A model generated the notes under the pieces. It was given only the letters and a program-made list of their open reading frames with translations, had not been told where the DNA came from and did no database searches. DNA of 64,000 bases from a virus: positions 64,001 to 128,000 of IMG/VR virus record IMGVR_UViG_3300022699_000302; one strand, given 5' to 3'. A program made the translations under genes and the position numbers. Below, one piece after another: positions 10,036 through 17,682 of the stretch. Within the stretch, counting starts at the first letter, position 1; the number at the start of each line of letters is the position of its first letter.

Positions 10036-10931
10036 GGGCTTTAGTGCTTAGCGGTGGCGGTTCCAAAGGATCCTGGCAGGCCGGTGCTATTAAAGCAGTG
10101 GCCGATAGTTGTTGGGGCAAAAAAGGCTTTGATTTCATCTCAGGCACAAGCGTTGGGGCCATTAATGCTGCCGGTCTAGGCATGTTCCGAAAGGATGAGT
10201 TTCGGAGCGCAGCTATCATCCTCGAAGGGATATGGTACGACCGCTTGAAGGTGTGGCGTCTAAAATTTCCCTGGTATCTTTGCGGGTTATGGAGTCCCTC
10301 CATAGGCACGAATAAGAGACTCGAGAAGTTCATCGACAAGAAGCTTAATCTCGAGGACCTTCAGAAGAGTGATGTCGATCTTTGCTTCAGTGCAGTCGAT
10401 ATCGAGAGCGGGGAACTCAAGCGATTCACTAAAGACTCGAATGATATCAAAGCCGCCATTATGGCTAGCGCCAGCTTTCCTGTAGCCTTTCCTCTACAAG
10501 AAGTGGAACGGAGGCTTTACACCGATGGCGGTGTACGAGACATAGCGCCGTTGAAGCCGGCCATCGAGGCAGGGGCCAGTGAGATTATTGTCTTGATGAC
10601 GGAAAACCCGTTTGAGGCAGCTGAGGTAGAGCCCCCCAAGAATGCTGTGTCGATGGCTATGAGGGTGGTTAATCTACTCACCGCTGAAGTTCTGCTCAAC
10701 GATATCGAGAGATGCTACAAGATCAACGAGCAGATCATTCATCACCCCGGCAAGCGAAAGGTTCTAGTTCATACCTATTGGCCGGAAAAACCCCTGGCGG
10801 ACTCTTTGAATTTCAAGACGAAGCTCATGAGAAAGCAGATCGAGCAGGGGTACGATGAGGTCCGAAAGCAGCTCGACGACGTCTCCCCGCTGGATAAACA
10901 AAGACAAGCTAAAAGAAAAGGACTTAGTTGA
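10032..10931 (+). CDS. patatin-like phospholipase
   Basis: LVLSGGGSKG, GTSVG (GxSxG) and DGG motifs. Confidence 0.9.
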   Translation: MRALVLSGGGSKGSWQAGAIKAVADSCWGKKGFDFISGTSVGAINAAGLGMFRKDEFRSAAIILEGIWYDRLKVWRLKFPWYLCGLWSPSIGTNKRLEKFIDKKLNLEDLQKSDVDLCFSAVDIESGELKRFTKDSNDIKAAIMASASFPVAFPLQEVERRLYTDGGVRDIAPLKPAIEAGASEIIVLMTENPFEAAEVEPPKNAVSMAMRVVNLLTAEVLLNDIERCYKINEQIIHHPGKRKVLVHTYWPEKPLADSLNFKTKLMRKQIEQGYDEVRKQLDDVSPLDKQRQAKRKGLS

Positions 10932-11211
10932 CCGGCTTGTACTTGCCGGTCTTCCAGTCCTTTTCTACGTCCTCGATGAAATTCCTGAATGCGTCCATGA
11001 GGAGCATCTCTTCAACATCGCTTAGCTGAAGATCGGCGAAAGCGTCCCAGTACCCCCGCATGCATGAGTTAGCGGTAAGGTAGGTGATGAATCGCGGTTT
11101 CGGCCAGTTGGTGTGCCAGACCGCTACTCGTTCTTCGTGTCTATGGTCGGGTCTCTTGTCTTCGACCCGATAGACATACCAATCGCCGTGGGACCACCTC
11201 AGATACGGCAT
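10924..11211 (-). CDS. hypothetical protein
   Basis: 95 aa ORF with RBS. Confidence 0.65.
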   Translation of the reverse strand: MPYLRWSHGDWYVYRVEDKRPDHRHEERVAVWHTNWPKPRFITYLTANSCMRGYWDAFADLQLSDVEEMLLMDAFRNFIEDVEKDWKTGKYKPVN

Positions 11212-11254
11212 AGACCACCTCTACAATCAGTGTAGATCGGTCTTTGTTTTTAGT

Positions 11255-11638
11255 TCAGATCTTGAATCGCTGCTCCGGCGGTTTGACTTCCTCGAACTCG
11301 TCGATCAGCTCATCGATCTTTCCGATGATGACCCGAATCTCCATGTAGTGCCGGCTTTCCGGGTTGATCTCGTGGCAAAGACTCTCGAGTCTCTGGCGGG
11401 TAAACCGTAGACCTGGGATTCGGGCATGACGTTCTTCTTCGACGATCTCGCGTACACGCTTGTCATCGATAGGCAAGGCAAGATCTTTGACTGACGGTAC
11501 AGGAATTGGTTGTTCCGGCATAGGTAGGGCCTCCGGCTCTTTGTAGGGCTGACGGACATCGTGACCACAGGTCATGCAGCGGAAGGCGGTGTCCGAGTTC
11601 CAGCTTCCGCATTTAGTGCATTGGTAAATCTCAGTCAT
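11255..11638 (-). CDS. zinc-ribbon hypothetical protein
   Basis: CTKC...CMTC at the N-terminus. Confidence 0.7.
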   Translation of the reverse strand: MTEIYQCTKCGSWNSDTAFRCMTCGHDVRQPYKEPEALPMPEQPIPVPSVKDLALPIDDKRVREIVEEERHARIPGLRFTRQRLESLCHEINPESRHYMEIRVIIGKIDELIDEFEEVKPPEQRFKI

Positions 11639-11651
11639 TTTACTTCCCCCT

Positions 11652-11660
11652 ACTTAGGCC
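11652..11660 (-). promoter_or_regulatory. promoter-like motif variant
   Basis: GGCCTAAGT just upstream of 11255..11638. Confidence 0.5.
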
Positions 11661-11714
11661 GTTCTTCTCGTGCTTTTTCCAGCGCTTCCTTATTTTGGTT
11701 GCACCGGATGCAAC

Positions 11715-12095
11715 CTATTCCGCGATCGGGCCGGGACGTCCCGGACCAGTGGATTTCAAAAGTTTTTGGGCCGATCTGATGTGGGTTTCGGCCCGGACGC
11801 GCCAGTCATAGCTGGGCTCATCGACTAATGCTTCAGCCAGGGTGTCCTGCAAGGTGTCGATCATCTGGCGATAGTTGGCTTCGCGGGCCTCAATAAACTC
11901 CTTGAGAGTATCGAGGATCCGCTGATCCTCGGTCACGTAGATCAAGGCATCCTGAGTGGTTGCTAGTTCGTGATTCAGTTCCTTGATCTTCGCCAAAGCC
12001 TCTTCAGCTTCGACATAGTCCCCGTCCTTGTTTTCTTCTCTGAAGACGTAGGGACCGTTGGCGTTTTCGCCCACACTGAAAAAGTATCGGTTCAT
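11715..12095 (-). CDS. hypothetical protein
   Basis: 126 aa ORF overlapping its neighbour. Confidence 0.7.
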   Translation of the reverse strand: MNRYFFSVGENANGPYVFREENKDGDYVEAEEALAKIKELNHELATTQDALIYVTEDQRILDTLKEFIEAREANYRQMIDTLQDTLAEALVDEPSYDWRVRAETHIRSAQKLLKSTGPGRPGPIAE

Positions 12096-12757
12096 CGCTT
12101 AATCCCCCAGTAAGTGTCGGTCAACTCTCCGATCGTATCGAAAAACTCATCGTCAGTGATCTTGTCGTCGTTCATCCTTTGATTGGCTTCTACGACCTTG
12201 CGTACCGCTACAGCGAGTTCGGTGTGTTTCCGGGCTTCTTTGGCGAACTCCCTTTCGATCTCTTGGTAGACCCCGTAGATCTGGCATCCCGCAATGATGT
12301 CGGGACTATCGTGCTTATAGAAGACCTGAACATAGGGGTTGAGCCATTTAGCCGTAGTAGGGCAGTCCTGCCAAAAGACCGTGATCATGTTGCCGGCGTC
12401 GCTGAAGACCCAGCCCGGTTTCCATTCGCGTTCCGGTGCTCTCTCTATCAAGTACTTGAGAGCATCCTCTGTGTCAGGGATGGAGTCGACGCCGAGGAGA
12501 AAGAGGATGTTCTCGATACGAGTCTCCCTCGTGTCGAAATGCCGATTAGCCCAGGTCAGAAGTAAGTCGTAGGCTTCCTGTTCTGTGATCGGTGTGCCCC
12601 GAATCATCCAAGTACTGCCGCTCTTAGTTCGGAACAAGCCGGAGCGCTTCGGCATCTTGTATTTAGATCGGAGCTCCTTGTACATCATCCCCAGGTCCCT
12701 TGCCTTTGGGATCTTTTTTCCGATCTCGTCCTTTTTGTAGTTCGGCGTATGATTCAT
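12092..12757 (-). CDS. hypothetical protein
   Basis: 221 aa ORF. Confidence 0.7.
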   Translation of the reverse strand: MNHTPNYKKDEIGKKIPKARDLGMMYKELRSKYKMPKRSGLFRTKSGSTWMIRGTPITEQEAYDLLLTWANRHFDTRETRIENILFLLGVDSIPDTEDALKYLIERAPEREWKPGWVFSDAGNMITVFWQDCPTTAKWLNPYVQVFYKHDSPDIIAGCQIYGVYQEIEREFAKEARKHTELAVAVRKVVEANQRMNDDKITDDEFFDTIGELTDTYWGIKR

Positions 12758-13337
12758 GGGTCTCTCTCAATTCAGTCAATAAAGGGTCCAGTTCTTTTTT
12801 GTTAGTCTCCAGCTGTTTAACTAGTTCCCGCTCTCTGTGTCTTAGCCGTTCATAGGACTGGCGAGTGAATCGTCCTTGTTGGTGGTACTGAGTGATCTGA
12901 TTCAGGACTTTAATCAGCTCTTCCTGGAGAGTCATGTGCAGAGCAGCAGACCACACGAAATTTCGCCAGCACCTGATCTTACTTGCGGCTTCTTGGGCCA
13001 GGGTCCCGGGAGTATGCTCGCCTACGCAAACTCCGTCTTCTTCTGTTGCTCCAGGAAAAATTTCAGGATCATCTTTGTACCAAGGATACCCTAATACCGG
13101 TCCTAGCGACTGTTCAACATCGACGAGTTCTCGGTGATACGCTGTATCCAGTCGATCTGCTTCGCTCATCAGGTTTTCGATAAAGGAGGCGGATCTCTTT
13201 AGAGGATCTCGAAGATAAGGAAATTTTTTACTCAGAGAGTCTAGTATCTTGGGCAGTTCGAGATTGGACGGATCATTTCGAACGCTCTTCTTTTTCTCGT
13301 CGGTAGTCTCTGGGAATGAGGGCTTTTCGTTCGGCAT
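12663..13337 (-). CDS. hypothetical coiled-coil protein
   Basis: 224 aa ORF; WYKDDPEIFPGATEEDGVCVGEH segment. Confidence 0.65.
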   Translation of the reverse strand: MPNEKPSFPETTDEKKKSVRNDPSNLELPKILDSLSKKFPYLRDPLKRSASFIENLMSEADRLDTAYHRELVDVEQSLGPVLGYPWYKDDPEIFPGATEEDGVCVGEHTPGTLAQEAASKIRCWRNFVWSAALHMTLQEELIKVLNQITQYHQQGRFTRQSYERLRHRERELVKQLETNKKELDPLLTELRETHESYAELQKGRDRKKDPKGKGPGDDVQGAPI

Positions 13338-13800
13338 CTTCTTTCAACCTTTCTTTGATATCAGCCAAGCTTCTGAGTAATTTGAGTGTCCCTTCAGCAT
13401 GCCAGTCACGGACATCAGGAGAAGCGTATTTGAGATGATCAATGGCAGCCTCCAGCTCTTTGATATAGAGGTCACGCCACTTTATCTGCTGGCCAACAGG
13501 AGTAATAAGCAGTTCCGATACGGACTCCCAGTCGACCTCCCCTCTGGCCAGGCGTACACCACGATCGTGATTACACCGTTTATGGGTTAAGCGGATGTTC
13601 TCCAGCGTGTTATTGCCGCCGAAACTGCGGGGTAAGATATGGTCGATCGATGTGTCCTTCATCTTCATTTTCTCTCCGCAGATAGCACACCTACCGTTTT
13701 GTCGGAGGAACAGTTTCTGCTTTCGGCGCCGTGACGGCTTCTTACGTTCATTTACCATGCATTCCCCAACCCATCCCAAGGGACCAAGCTGACGATCCAC
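13273..13800 (-). CDS. HNH endonuclease
   Basis: CAIC...SIDHILPRSFGGNNTLENIRLTHKRCN; true start may be slightly downstream. Confidence 0.85.
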   Translation of the reverse strand: MDRQLGPLGWVGECMVNERKKPSRRRKQKLFLRQNGRCAICGEKMKMKDTSIDHILPRSFGGNNTLENIRLTHKRCNHDRGVRLARGEVDWESVSELLITPVGQQIKWRDLYIKELEAAIDHLKYASPDVRDWHAEGTLKLLRSLADIKERLKEDAERKALIPRDYRREKEERSK

Positions 13801-14252
13801 TGACTCCTGCCACTTGAACTCATGGGGGCTTTATTGATGTGAGAGATTAGAAAGATGTCCTCGTTCCCTGAAGGTTTTTCAACAACTTTGGTGCTTCCGG
13901 TGACTATCGAGGGGGTCGTCTCCTTGAGAATCATACGGTCGCGTACACGGTAGTCTTCTGCGAAGAGGATAAGATATGAGCGATCGCCATTGATGATCTG
14001 CTGGTACTCTTCTGACTTGATCTTAAGGACATGCTCGACGGCCTGAAAGTCTCTCACGGTTCCTGATTTATCACAAGACGCACAGACGCAGCGATTCATA
14101 CGATTCCACTCTACGTCGCCGAAATCGGAAGTGCCGTCATCGAAGACGTCGAACATTGCAGTACCCTCGATTTTAAATTGTCGGTTGTTACCGCATTTCG
14201 GACAACGAAATCCCTCCAAGCAATTCGTGTTTCTTTCGGTTGAATCATTCAT
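13752..14252 (-). CDS. hypothetical protein, zinc ribbon plus ASCH/DUF3850-like C-terminus
   Basis: CPKC..CASC; HVLKIKSEEYQQIINGDRSY...DRMILKE. Confidence 0.6.
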   Translation of the reverse strand: MNDSTERNTNCLEGFRCPKCGNNRQFKIEGTAMFDVFDDGTSDFGDVEWNRMNRCVCASCDKSGTVRDFQAVEHVLKIKSEEYQQIINGDRSYLILFAEDYRVRDRMILKETTPSIVTGSTKVVEKPSGNEDIFLISHINKAPMSSSGRSQWIVSLVPWDGLGNAW

Positions 14253-14274
14253 GTCATCTCCTGGTTTAGGGAGG

Positions 14275-14640
14275 CTAAGACGCGAAGCCTTTTTGGTAGA
14301 GCATGTGGTTCAGCCCCTTAGCTCTTAGGGCGGCCCTACATACCAGCTCTGGGGTAACTTCCGTGTTCGTGTTGTCCTGGACTGAAACGTGACGATCCTT
14401 CACAAAGACGACGTGAGCGTCGCGATAGCTATTGTGAAAAACCCGTCGGTCCCTCATTTCGAAGACGTAGCCGTCACGGCGCATCTTTTCGACAACTGAA
14501 AAAGCCGCGTCCCAGTTATCGATGTAATTTGGGACCCAGGGAATCCCTGGTTTATCCAGCTCGGTCAACTCCATTAGTTCTGTGGCTACGTAAAAGTTGA
14601 ACTGATCGCGTCGGCGTTTCTCATTCCTGTCGTCTGTCAT
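14275..14640 (-). CDS. phage ABA-sandwich-like protein
   Basis: start MTDDRN; PNYIDNWDAAFSVVEKM...PELVCRAAL. Confidence 0.6.
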   Translation of the reverse strand: MTDDRNEKRRRDQFNFYVATELMELTELDKPGIPWVPNYIDNWDAAFSVVEKMRRDGYVFEMRDRRVFHNSYRDAHVVFVKDRHVSVQDNTNTEVTPELVCRAALRAKGLNHMLYQKGFAS

Positions 14641-14845
14641 CGTCCCCTCCTTGAGGTATGCCCTCGTTCGCAAGGATGTAGGATACTGATACACAATCTC
14701 CGACCAGCCTTGTGTCGAATTGGGTTGTTTCAGCTTCGTCTTTGGCGGCGGCATCTGAGTGCGATACCCCAGTCCAGATACCTTGATCGAATCTTTCACC
14801 GGTTTCCAGGTTTTCAGCCCAGACTTGGATTGCATAGAATTTCAC
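14621..14845 (-). CDS. hypothetical protein
   Basis: 74 aa ORF with RBS. Confidence 0.6.
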   Translation of the reverse strand: MKFYAIQVWAENLETGERFDQGIWTGVSHSDAAAKDEAETTQFDTRLVGDCVSVSYILANEGIPQGGDDDRRQE

Positions 14846-14867
14846 CTCTTCTCCTTTTCGTGTAAAT

Positions 14868-14892
14868 AAAAAGACAGGCCCGGAGGCCTGTC
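14868..14892 (-). terminator. intrinsic terminator
   Basis: GACAGGCC/GGCCTGTC hairpin plus U-tract. Confidence 0.75.
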
Positions 14893-15220
14893 AGTTCTTG
14901 TAGATTTTCTCAAGATCTTCAGGAGAGAGGACATCAGGATCCTCTTTCCATTCTTCTGTACCGAAGATTCGGTACTCCGCGCAGATTTTCTTGCGGTGCT
15001 TCTCCAGCCACTCTAGCAACTGACCACAGGCCTCGACTCGTTGCTTGTAGTTCTCGAACTCTCGGAAGGTCAACCACGATCCTTCGGGATCGCCGTAGAA
15101 CCATACCCGGAGACCATCTTCGTCCACTGCTTTTATCACAGTGAACTGCGCATTCTCCGGTTCTCCTTTTGGAATGGCGGTCAACCTCCACAAGATGACC
15201 CGTAATTTCTTGATGTTCAT
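14891..15220 (-). CDS. hypothetical protein, possibly distant RGWQIL family
   Basis: start MNIKK after GGAGG; VILWRL...LRVWF. Confidence 0.65.
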   Translation of the reverse strand: MNIKKLRVILWRLTAIPKGEPENAQFTVIKAVDEDGLRVWFYGDPEGSWLTFREFENYKQRVEACGQLLEWLEKHRKKICAEYRIFGTEEWKEDPDVLSPEDLEKIYKN

Positions 15221-15249
15221 ACCAACCTCCTGGAATAGTGTCTCTACAG

Positions 15250-15258
15250 TCTTAGGCC
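15250..15258 (-). promoter_or_regulatory. conserved phage promoter-like motif
   Basis: GGCCTAAGA-CTG-TAGA. Confidence 0.7.
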
Positions 15259-15269
15259 GCATATGAACT

Positions 15270-15297
15270 AAAAAGATAGGGCCCCGAAGGGCCCTAT
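15270..15297 (-). terminator. intrinsic terminator
   Basis: ATAGGGCCC hairpin plus U-tract. Confidence 0.7.
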
Positions 15298-15298
15298 T

Positions 15299-15583
15299 CT
15301 AGTCTTTGTTCTGCTCGTACCTCTCAACTGCAGTACCAGCGGTACCGACGAGGGTACAGAGGCCCGCGATGATGGAAGCAGTCATCAGTAGAGCAAAGAC
15401 TACTTCGTGGGCGTTCTCGGCGCTCCAGCCTCCGCCTACCTGAGCGCCTTGCACCAGCCAGCCGCCGAAAAACCAAAGGGGAAAAATGCAACCGAGGCCC
15501 AGCCATCCCCCGATGGCCAGACGTAAGAAGACAGCTACGCGGCTGCGCCGCCGAAGCTGTCGAAGCTCTTCGTGCTCATTCAT
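15299..15583 (-). CDS. small membrane protein (2 TM)
   Basis: start MNEHEE; two hydrophobic segments. Confidence 0.65.
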   Translation of the reverse strand: MNEHEELRQLRRRSRVAVFLRLAIGGWLGLGCIFPLWFFGGWLVQGAQVGGGWSAENAHEVVFALLMTASIIAGLCTLVGTAGTAVERYEQNKD

Positions 15584-15659
15584 GGGTTCCTTTCTCTCAA
15601 AGTAGAACAGGCTCCCCGAGGGGGCTAGGGAGCCTGTTCTGGTGGTGAGGTGAATGGGT

Positions 15660-15890
15660 TTAGTTGACGGGTTTGTCTTTGCCCTGCAGGTAGTCGCGGT
15701 TGACCTTCCAGAACTCCGCAAACTTCTCGGAGTCCCCGATCTTTTTCCCCAGCGACAGCGTCTCGTCCGGGGTCATTTTATTGGCCTTGTCTATCGCGGC
15801 CTCTACTTGATCGGCGGATTCGGGATCACCGTCGAACTCTAGCTCAACAGTGGTTTCCTCCGCAACTACAACTTGAATCTTTATGGGCAT
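15660..15890 (-). CDS. hypothetical protein directly downstream of array 1
   Basis: start MPIKIQ after GAGGA. Confidence 0.65.
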   Translation of the reverse strand: MPIKIQVVVAEETTVELEFDGDPESADQVEAAIDKANKMTPDETLSLGKKIGDSEKFAEFWKVNRDYLQGKDKPVN

Positions 15891-15900
15891 AAGATTTCCT

Positions 15901-16517
15901 CGGTTCACTCGCGGTCGACGTTGCTGTCCGTGTGTACGGCTCACTCTGCGGCAGTGTTACAGTTGTTGACGACGATTCACTTCTACGGCACGGCGTGGCT
16001 CACCTCGTACGGTTCACTCTTTTTGTACGGAACAGTTCTACGTCCCGGTTCACTCCTAATGAAGCAGTTCCAGGTCTAGGCTCAATCCTGTGTAGTGGTA
16101 CAGTCGGTGACGACGTTTCGATCAGCGCTTGCGGTGTAATCCAGAGTTGACGGCTCATTCCGGGTGCTTGGTACATTCGGGCGGGACGATTCATTCAACG
16201 AATCGGTACAATTTCTTTCTGCGATTGCTTTTCCTCTGAGAAACAGTCAAAGCCTACGGCTCATTTCATCTAAACAAAGCTTTCGCCAATGTCGATTCAT
16301 TCTGTTCATGCGTAGCTATCTTTTGATGTGATTCATTCGAGGCAAGCGGTACAGTCTCTTATGACGAGTCATTCGACGCAAACACTACAGTCAAATATGC
16401 CGATTCATTCGTTTGTTTTGGAGCAGTTCCTCCTGCCGATTCGATTTGTTACTCCGGTACTGACGTGTGTTACGTCTCGGTCGCGCGGATCGAAACAGTT
16501 ACCTGCTTCGATTAAAG
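15901..16517 (-). repeat. TIGR-like dual-repeat array 1 (about 17 units, 36-nt period)
   Basis: 18 edge motifs (+ strand CGRYTCAYT) from 15901 to 16509, spacing mostly 36; mid-unit motif CGGTACAGT; 9+9+9+9 layout. Confidence 0.8.
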
Positions 16518-16520
16518 GTG

Positions 16521-16650
16521 ATCAGGGCGACAAGGTGGCGTAGAGATACTAGAGCTCTTCCAGTTGAGCTACGGCCGAAGCCGACGGGACTCGAACCCGC
16601 AACCTCTTCGTTATCAGCGAAATGTAATCCCTACAGGTATTCGCCCTGAT
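16521..16650 (-). ncRNA. Y RNA (YrlA-like) 1
   Basis: 10-bp terminal helix AUCAGGGCGA/UCGCCCUGAU, 3' CCUUGUC; T arm GGUUCGAGUCC, UUCG-closed acceptor-like stem, then D arm UAGCUCA..AGAGC. Confidence 0.85.
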
Positions 16651-16651
16651 T

Positions 16652-16816
16652 TTAAATCTCATCGAATTCAGTGAGTTGGTGCTGGTCACGCTCTTTCGGG
16701 CTCATATTATCCCAGCAGCTCTTACAGACCACCGGGTACCCATGAGAATCCTCAAAGCAGCTTCCGCAGCACGAGCATTGAAGGCCTTCGACGATATCGT
16801 CAGCAATCTCTCCCAT
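16652..16816 (-). CDS. small Cys-rich protein (not in ORF track)
   Basis: 54 aa MGEIADDIVEGLQCSCCGSCF..GYPVVCKSC, translated by hand. Confidence 0.7.
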   Translation of the reverse strand: MGEIADDIVEGLQCSCCGSCFEDSHGYPVVCKSCWDNMSPKERDQHQLTEFDEI

Positions 16817-16975
16817 CACTTCTTCTTTGCGTGAGATAAAAAGAAGCCACCGACAGGTCGCGTCATAAGCCTATCCCCTCTCGTCATCGGCGGATTTCCA
16901 GGGAGACGTGACTACAGGGAGCTTCGTACCCAAGATGGGCTGTCGGTGGTGCCACTCCTCAAGCGGCAAAACAGA

Positions 16976-17113
16976 GAGAGTAACTGGGGGAAGGCTACTA
17001 TTCCCGGGGAAAGGCGGTCGCGACAGGTCAAACCTTTCCGTCTTCTTGTGTGACTTCAACCCTTCGTGCATCACACTCAGACGCCCTCGTTGTTTTGAAC
17101 ACCAGTTACTCTC
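16976..17113 (-). ncRNA. unknown structured RNA D
   Basis: 12-bp perfect terminal helix GAGAGUAACUGG/CCAGUUACUCUC plus internal arms. Confidence 0.6.
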
Positions 17114-17121
17114 AAAAGGCT

Positions 17122-17230
17122 AGCAGCAGGCGCGGGTCGTCCGTCTTTCTAAAGCGCCCCCGAGCGCGGGATCTGCGCCGGCGCCGGGCCGAGGTTTAGG
17201 TGCCTCGGTAGCCACCATGTTCCTGCTGCT
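17122..17230 (-). ncRNA. unknown structured RNA C
   Basis: 9-bp terminal helix AGCAGCAGG/CCUGCUGCU; internal CCGAGG/CCUCGG hairpin. Confidence 0.6.
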
Positions 17231-17243
17231 GTAAGGAAGGTCA

Positions 17244-17371
17244 GGGAGTAGGGTGTATACTGTGCCGTTCGGACTATAATCCTACCCACCTCTCGGCTTC
17301 GACGTGTATTTCAACACGCTAGGCCAGCCACCCATCGGCTATTTGCCTCTAGGCCACACTCGCCTACTCCC
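17244..17371 (-). ncRNA. unknown structured RNA B
   Basis: 9-bp terminal helix GGGAGUAGG/CCUACUCCC; internal hairpins. Confidence 0.6.
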
Positions 17372-17381
17372 ATAAAACCAT

Positions 17382-17494
17382 GCGCGGAGAAACTACTGGC
17401 CGGCAGTGGGTCCAAACCCGAAAGCCTATCCCGACTCAGCAGGGTGTGCCATCGAAGGCAGCAGATTCCTAAAGGTCTGCCACTCTCCCCGCGC
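17382..17494 (-). ncRNA. unknown structured RNA A
   Basis: terminal helix GCGCGG(GG)AGA/UCUCCGCGC plus internal hairpins; begins about 10 nt after the promoter motif. Confidence 0.55.
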
Positions 17495-17509
17495 GAAAAG
17501 TGTCTACTG

Positions 17510-17518
17510 TCTTAGGCC
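17510..17518 (-). promoter_or_regulatory. conserved phage promoter-like motif driving the ncRNA cluster
   Basis: GGCCTAAGA-CAG-TAGA. Confidence 0.7.
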
Positions 17519-17538
17519 GAACTCGGCCGGGAAAATGG

Positions 17539-17682
17539 TGCGGTGACAAGGTGTTGGAGAGATATTTACGCGCTCTATCCACTGAGCTACCCCACCACTT
17601 AGCTATGGTGGTGGGGGTGAGGAATCGAACCTCACGACCTCGTCCTTATGATGGAATGTAATCCCTCACGGCATTCACCGCA
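17539..17682 (-). ncRNA. Y RNA (YrlA-like) 2
   Basis: UGCGGUGA/UCACCGCA helix, 3' CCUUGUC; T arm GAGGUUCGAUUCCUC, 9-bp acceptor-like stem, D arm UAGCUCAGUGGAUAGAGC in permuted order. Confidence 0.85.

Noticed and set aside
15873-16543. ORFs 15873..16079, 15932..16150, 16000..16194 and 16328..16543 as 12-aa repeat proteins
   Set aside because: Unit lengths of 32, 35 and 37 shift the frame and there are no RBSs; they are by-products of the array.
16976-17494. Hammerhead, SRP, tmRNA or tRNA-Sec identity for the four structured RNAs
   Set aside because: The diagnostic motifs (CUGAUGA/GAAA core, SRP helix-8 motif, tag ORF, T/D loops) were not found by eye.
16521-17682. Y RNAs 1 and 2 as ordinary tRNA genes
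   Set aside because: The T arm precedes the D arm, the acceptor-like stem is closed by a loop, and there is no anticodon arm or CCA end.
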